From: Chiloscyllium plagiosum
Taxonomy: Eukaryota
Length of the DNA stretch: 38,549 bases
Direction: 5' to 3'
Assembly (NCBI RefSeq): GCF_004010195.1
Contig: NC_057749.1
Span: 20,045,570-20,084,118 of the forward strand
In this document: positions 34,182-38,549 of the stretch, piece after piece
How the letters are laid out: each line of letters starts with the position of its first letter
Numbering within the stretch: position 1 is the stretch's first letter
Made by a program: the position numbers and the translations under genes
Notes under the pieces: model-generated
The model's database searches: none
Told to the model about the DNA's origin: nothing
The model's input: the letters and a program-made list of their open reading frames with translations, nothing else

Positions 34182-34254
34182 GCCCCAGTGGCCTAATGGA
34201 TAAGGCATTGGCTTCCTAAAACAGGGATTATGGGTTCAAGTCCCATCTGGGTTG
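34182..34254 (+). tRNA. tRNA-Arg(CCT), degenerate (probable pseudogene)
   Basis: 73 nt resembling vertebrate tRNA-Arg-CCT (GCCCCAGTGGCCTAATGGATAAGGCATTGG...), anticodon CCT at 34215-34217, T7 run at 34259-34265. There are two mismatches in the anticodon stem (TTGGC/AACAG) and one in the acceptor stem. Confidence 0.85.
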
Positions 34255-34269
34255 CGTCTTTTTTTGTTG

Positions 34270-34660
34270 AGGAGAAATTATGCAAATTTTCTCTAGAATG
34301 TAGAAGATTAAGGGGTGACCTGATATTAACAGGAACAGGTAGTGTAGCTAAACCATTTCCACTGGTTGGTGATTCTAGATCCAGGGAGCATTGTCTGTGA
34401 ATTAGAGCAAACTGTTCAGGGGAGATGTTAGGCAGCACTTATATACACAAAGGGCGGTAGATGTTTGGAACTCTCACAAATGGCAGTTGATGCTGGATCA
34501 GTTGTTAATTTTAAAACTGAGTTAGGTACATTTTTGTTAAGCCAATGTATTCAGGGATATGAGCCAAAGGCAGGTATTTGGAGTTAGGCTACAGATCACC
34601 TGAAAGTGAATGGTGGAACAGGCTTAACGGCTGAATGATCTAATCCTATGTTCCTCTATT
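34270..34660 (+). mobile_element. old CR1-type LINE 3' end
   Basis: agaagattaaggggtgacctgat (RRLRGDL) and downstream CR1-like text. Confidence 0.7.
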
Positions 34661-36111
34661 GGATCTCAGGAGAAGTTCAGTACCAGAGGCTAAACTACAT
34701 TAAATGAGACAGATCTTCATTCAACTTAACACAAGATGGATGAGTGTTTGATATGGGTTTGCTTCATGATGTTTTAACCCACCAGCAGACAGACTCAGCA
34801 GAGTGGTGGATAATTACACAGCTCACTGGAGGAGGAGGCTCAATGATGGAAGAGCCCAGCAATTCAGTGCAAACATTAAGGCTGAAGCATTTGCAGCAAT
34901 CTTCAGCCAGAAGTGCTGAGTAGATGATCCATGTCAGCCTCCTCCATTGATGCTTGTTTTCAGTCAATTTAATTCAGTCCACATGAAAACAAGAATTGGT
35001 TGGAGACACTGAATTCTGCAAGGCTATGAGCCCTGACAACATTATGACAGTTGTACTGAAGACTTGTGCTCCAGAATGTGGAGCCAAGCTGTTCTCCAGA
35101 ACAGTTCTAACACTGGAAACTTTCCAATAATGTGGAAAATTACCCAGGTATGTCCAGCACACAAAAAGCAGGACAAATCTAACCCTGTCGATTACCAACT
35201 CATCAGTCTACTGTTGATCATCAGTAAAATGATGGAAGATGTCATAAATAGTGCTTCCAAGCAGCACCTGCTCAGCAATAACCTATTTGGATGGGTATAT
35301 GAATAGGAAGGGTTAAAGGGATATGGGCCAAGTGGGATTAGATTAGGTTAGTACATATGGTCGGTATGCACGAATTGGACTAAAGGGTCTATTTCCATGT
35401 TGTACATCTCTCTGACTCTATGCCTCTATAACCTACTCAGTGATACCCAGTTTGGGTTCCGCCAGGGCCACTCAGCTCCTGACCTCACTACAGCCTTAGT
35501 TCGAACATGGACAAAAGAGCTGAATTCCACAAGTGAGGTGAGAACGACAGCCATTGACATCAAGACTATATGAGTGTGGCATCAAGGAGCCCTAGCCAAA
35601 CTGGAATCAGTGGGAATCAGAGGGTAAACTCTCTGTTGGTTGGAGTCATACCTGGCACATAGGAAGATGGTTGTGGTGGTTGGAGATCAGTCATCTTAGC
35701 TCCAGGACATCTCTGCGGGGTTCCTCAGGGTAGTGTCCTAGACCTAACCATCTTCAGCTCCTTCATCACTGACCTTCCCTCCATCATAAGGTCAGAAGTG
35801 GGAATTTCTGCTGATGATTGCAGCTTTCAAGACTCCTCAGATACTAAAGCAGTCCATGTTCAAATGCAACAAGATCTAGACACTATCCAGACTTGAACTG
35901 ATAAGTGGCAAGTAACATTTGCGCCACGTAAATGCCACGTAGCAACTATCTCCAATAACAGACAATCTAACCATCACCCCTTGATATTTATTGGTGTTAC
36001 CATCACTGAATCCCCCACTATCAAATGTCTTGGAGTTATCATTGACCATAAACTCCACTGGGCTCACCAAACAAACACAGTGGCTACAAGAGCAGGTTAG
36101 AGGCTAGGAAT

Positions 36112-37640
36112 TCAAAGTTTGTGAGAAGATTTGTAGCTCGGGTGCTTGTTGTTGTGGTTCTGTTCGCCGAGCTGGGAATTTGTGTTGCAGACGTTTCGTC
36201 CCGTGTCTAGGTGACATCCTCAGTACTTTGGAGCCTCCTGTGAAGCGCTTCTGTGATCTTTCCTCCTAAATTTGTAGTGGTTGGAATCTGCCGCTTCCGG
36301 TTGTCAGTTCCAGCTGTCCGCTGCAGTGATCGGTATTTTGGGTCCAGGTCGATGTGCTTATTGATTGAATCTGTGGATGAGTGCCATGCCTCTAGGAATT
36401 CCCTGGCTGTTCTCTGTTTGGCTTGTCCTATAATAGTAGTGTTGTCCCAGTCAAATTCATGTTGATTGTCATCTGCGTGTGTGGCAACTAAGGATAGCTG
36501 GTCGTGTCATTTCGTGGCTAGTTGGTGTTCATGGATGCGGATCGTTAGCTGTCTTCCTGTTTTATCCTATGTAGTGTTTTGTACAGTCCTTGCATGGGAT
36601 TTTGTACACTACATTGGTTTTGCTCATGCTGGGTATCAGGTCCTTCATTCTGGTGAGTTGTTGTCTGAGAGTGGCTGTTGGTTTGTGTGCTGTTATGAGT
36701 CCTAGTGGTCACAGTAGTCTGGCTGTCAGTTCGGAAATGCTCTTGATGTATGATTTGGAGATGCTGGTGTTGGACTGGGGTGTACAAAGTTAAAAATCAC
36801 ACAACACCAGGTTATAGTCCAACAGGTTTAATCTTAGGCATCTGTTGATGAAATTGCGTGGGTATCTGTTTCTGGCAAATATATTGTATAAGTGTATTTC
36901 TTCCTCTTTTTGCAGTTCTGGTGTACTGCAGTGAGTTGTGGCCCTTTTGAACAGTGTTTTGATGCAACTTCTTTTGTGTGTGTTGGGGTTGTTGCTTTCG
37001 TTGTTCAGGACTTGGTCTGTGTGTGTGGCTTTCCTGTATACCTTTGTGGTGAATTCTCCATTCGGTGTTCTCTGTACCATCATGTCTAGGAATGGGTGTT
37101 GGTTGTCCTTTTCTTCCTCTCTCGTGAATCGGATTCCTGTGAGTGTGGCATTGATGATCCGGTGTGTGTTCTCTGTTCCTGTGTTTTTAATGATTACAAA
37201 GGTGTCATTCACATATCTGACCCAGAGTTTGGGTTGAATTTGCGGTAAGACTGTTTGTTCTAATCTTTGCATTACCGCTTCTGCTATGAGTCCAGAGATG
37301 GGTGAGCCCATGGGTGTGCCGTTGATTTGTTCATATATTTGGTTGTTGAATGTGAAGTGTGTTGTGAGGCACAGGTCCAGTAGTTTGAGTATGCCGTCCT
37401 TGTTGTTCACCGTCTTGTTGTCTGTTCTGTATGTCCAGCAGGTTGGCTATTGTTTCTCTGGATAGGGTTTTGTCAATAGAGGTGAACAGTGCCATTACAT
37501 CGAATGAGACCATCGAATGAGACCTTGTCTATGTGTATATTTCTAATGATGTCCAAGAATTCCTGTGTTGATTGTATAGAGTGTCTGGATCCACTGATCA
37601 GGTGTTTCAGTTTCTGCTGTAGTTCTGCTGTAGCCTGTAC
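36112..37640 (-). mobile_element. Penelope-like element, 5' truncated: RT, GIY-YIG and terminal hammerhead; inactive
   Basis: MVSFDVMALFTSI, YEQINGTPMGSPISG, WVRYVNDTF (YVDD mutated), PFLD, VYRKATHTD, and a frameshifted GIY-YIG. 11-bp TSD aggctaggaat (36101-36111 / 37641-37651). Core CTGAGGA-T-GTCACCT-AGAC-ACGGGAC-GAAA-CG-TC at 36190-36223. Confidence 0.95.
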
Positions 37641-37692
37641 AGGCTAGGAATACTGCTTTGAGTAGTTCACCTCCTGCCTCCTCAAAGCCTGT

Positions 37693-37907
37693 CGATCACC
37701 TATACGGCACAAGTCAGAAATGTGATGGAATACTCTCCACTTGCCTGGATGGATGCAGCTCCAATAACACTCAAGAAGCCATTCCTGAAGAAGGGCCTGT
37801 GCCCGAAACGTCGAATCTCCCGATCACCTATACGGCACAAGTCAGAAATGTGATGGAATACTCTCCACTTGCCTGGATGGATGCAGCTCCAATAACACTC
37901 AAGAAGC
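37693..37907 (+). repeat. 87-bp exact direct repeat (37693-37779 / 37821-37907) flanking a 41-bp insert
   Basis: cgatcacctatacggcacaag...cactcaagaagc occurs twice, identically. Confidence 0.95.
37781..37816 (+). ncRNA. minimal type I hammerhead ribozyme motif (PLE-derived)
   Basis: attc-CTGAAGA-A-GGGC-CTGT-GCCC-GAAA-CG-TC-gaat. All core nucleotides are present, with a 4-bp stem I, a 4-bp stem II and palindromic ACGT in place of stem III. Confidence 0.8.
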
Positions 37908-38490
37908 TTGAAATCATCCAGGACAAAGCAGGCCATTAATCATGGTCAGACATCCAGAGCCCTGTGGAGATTAAAGAAAATTTCTAAACATCTAATACTG
38001 CTCTTTCTATACAGATCAGTTAGTGAAAATCATCTTATTCATGGAAGCAGCAATTTTTAAAATCATTCTTGTAATGTATAAGAACAGAGAAACTTACTTT
38101 CATTCCCCTAATTCTTGAATTGTTTATTATAGTTATCACTCAAACTGCAAATTCTGAAGCATCTATTAAGATAATTGAAGTTTTTGAAAATTGGCCAATC
38201 ATTCATAATGAACAGTTCTTTTGGAAATGTTGGCAACAAACTTTAATGAATCTGCTTGAACTGATGCATCAGGTAACCTGTCAATCCAGCAGAGTTCTGA
38301 TTTAACAATCACTGACTGTTGCTGGTACAACTAGTTACACGCTACCTTTTACACAATATAGAAAAGAGGAATTTTAAATATCTTAGTTTAAGATAGCTAA
38401 ACACACCTTGTTGATACTTTGGTGGCATTTATGTCCACACCATAAATTCATGACTCTCACTTTGTTGATTAAGGTCCTGCAAGTGAAGAC

Positions 38491-38549
38491 ATGGTGGCAC
38501 AGTGGTTAGCACTGCTGCCTCACAGCGCCAGAGACCCGGGTTCAATTCC
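38491..38549 (+). mobile_element. HE1-type SINE 5' head, cut by the window end
   Basis: tggcacagtggttagcactgctgcctcacagcgccagagacccgggttcaattcc contains A and B boxes, and its end is identical to 1054-1080. Confidence 0.88.

Larger units (their letters stand above)
34780..37935 (+). mobile_element. decayed CR1/L2-clade LINE RT (distinct family), host of several nested insertions
   Basis: WKITQVCPAHKKQDKSNPVDYQLISLL, QFGFRQGHS, GVPQGSVL-like and ADD motifs. It resumes at 37641 after the PLE. A CR1 3' end is nested at 35286-35427 with TSD ataaccta. A related minus-strand copy lies at about 9600-10020. Confidence 0.82.

Noticed and set aside
36790..37410. 206-aa RT ORF as an active or novel reverse transcriptase
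   Set aside because: The catalytic YVDD is YVND, there are frameshifts on both sides, and it is 5' truncated and interrupted.
37693..37907. Repeat-spacer-repeat arrangement as a CRISPR array
   Set aside because: There are only two 87-bp repeats derived from LINE sequence, the context is eukaryotic, and no cas genes are present.
38098..38345. Minus-strand coding exon of a third protein gene
   Set aside because: All three minus frames contain stops and no protein family is recognised.
38491..38549. tRNA-like A/B boxes here and in other SINE heads as tRNA genes
   Set aside because: They are HE1-type SINE heads; the other copies continue into SINE bodies and none gives a full cloverleaf.

Overview
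Repeat-rich vertebrate genomic DNA, almost certainly from a shark or ray (inferred from HE1-type SINEs and abundant CR1-type LINEs). It contains two spliced genes that the ORF track misses, arranged head-to-head around a small CpG-rich promoter at about 11.35-11.65 kb with CRE, CCAAT, GC-box and RFX X-box-like motifs. (1) On the minus strand are the first three coding exons of an SV2/SVOP-family MFS transporter (11507-11453, 1881-1747, 880-719), which continues beyond the window start. (2) On the plus strand is an apparently complete five-exon, about 200-aa CFAP97D2-like ciliary/axonemal gene (16746-27828). There is also a degenerate tRNA-Arg(CCT) at 34182-34254. Most of the remainder is decayed CR1/L2 LINEs, SINEs, a probable solo LTR and Penelope-like elements (PLEs). 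About ten minimal type I hammerhead ribozyme motifs from three PLE families are visible. Several lie in short TSD-flanked fold-back insertions, and one 41-bp ribozyme-only insert sits between 87-bp direct repeats. Repeat boundaries are approximate and family names come from recall, not from a database search.
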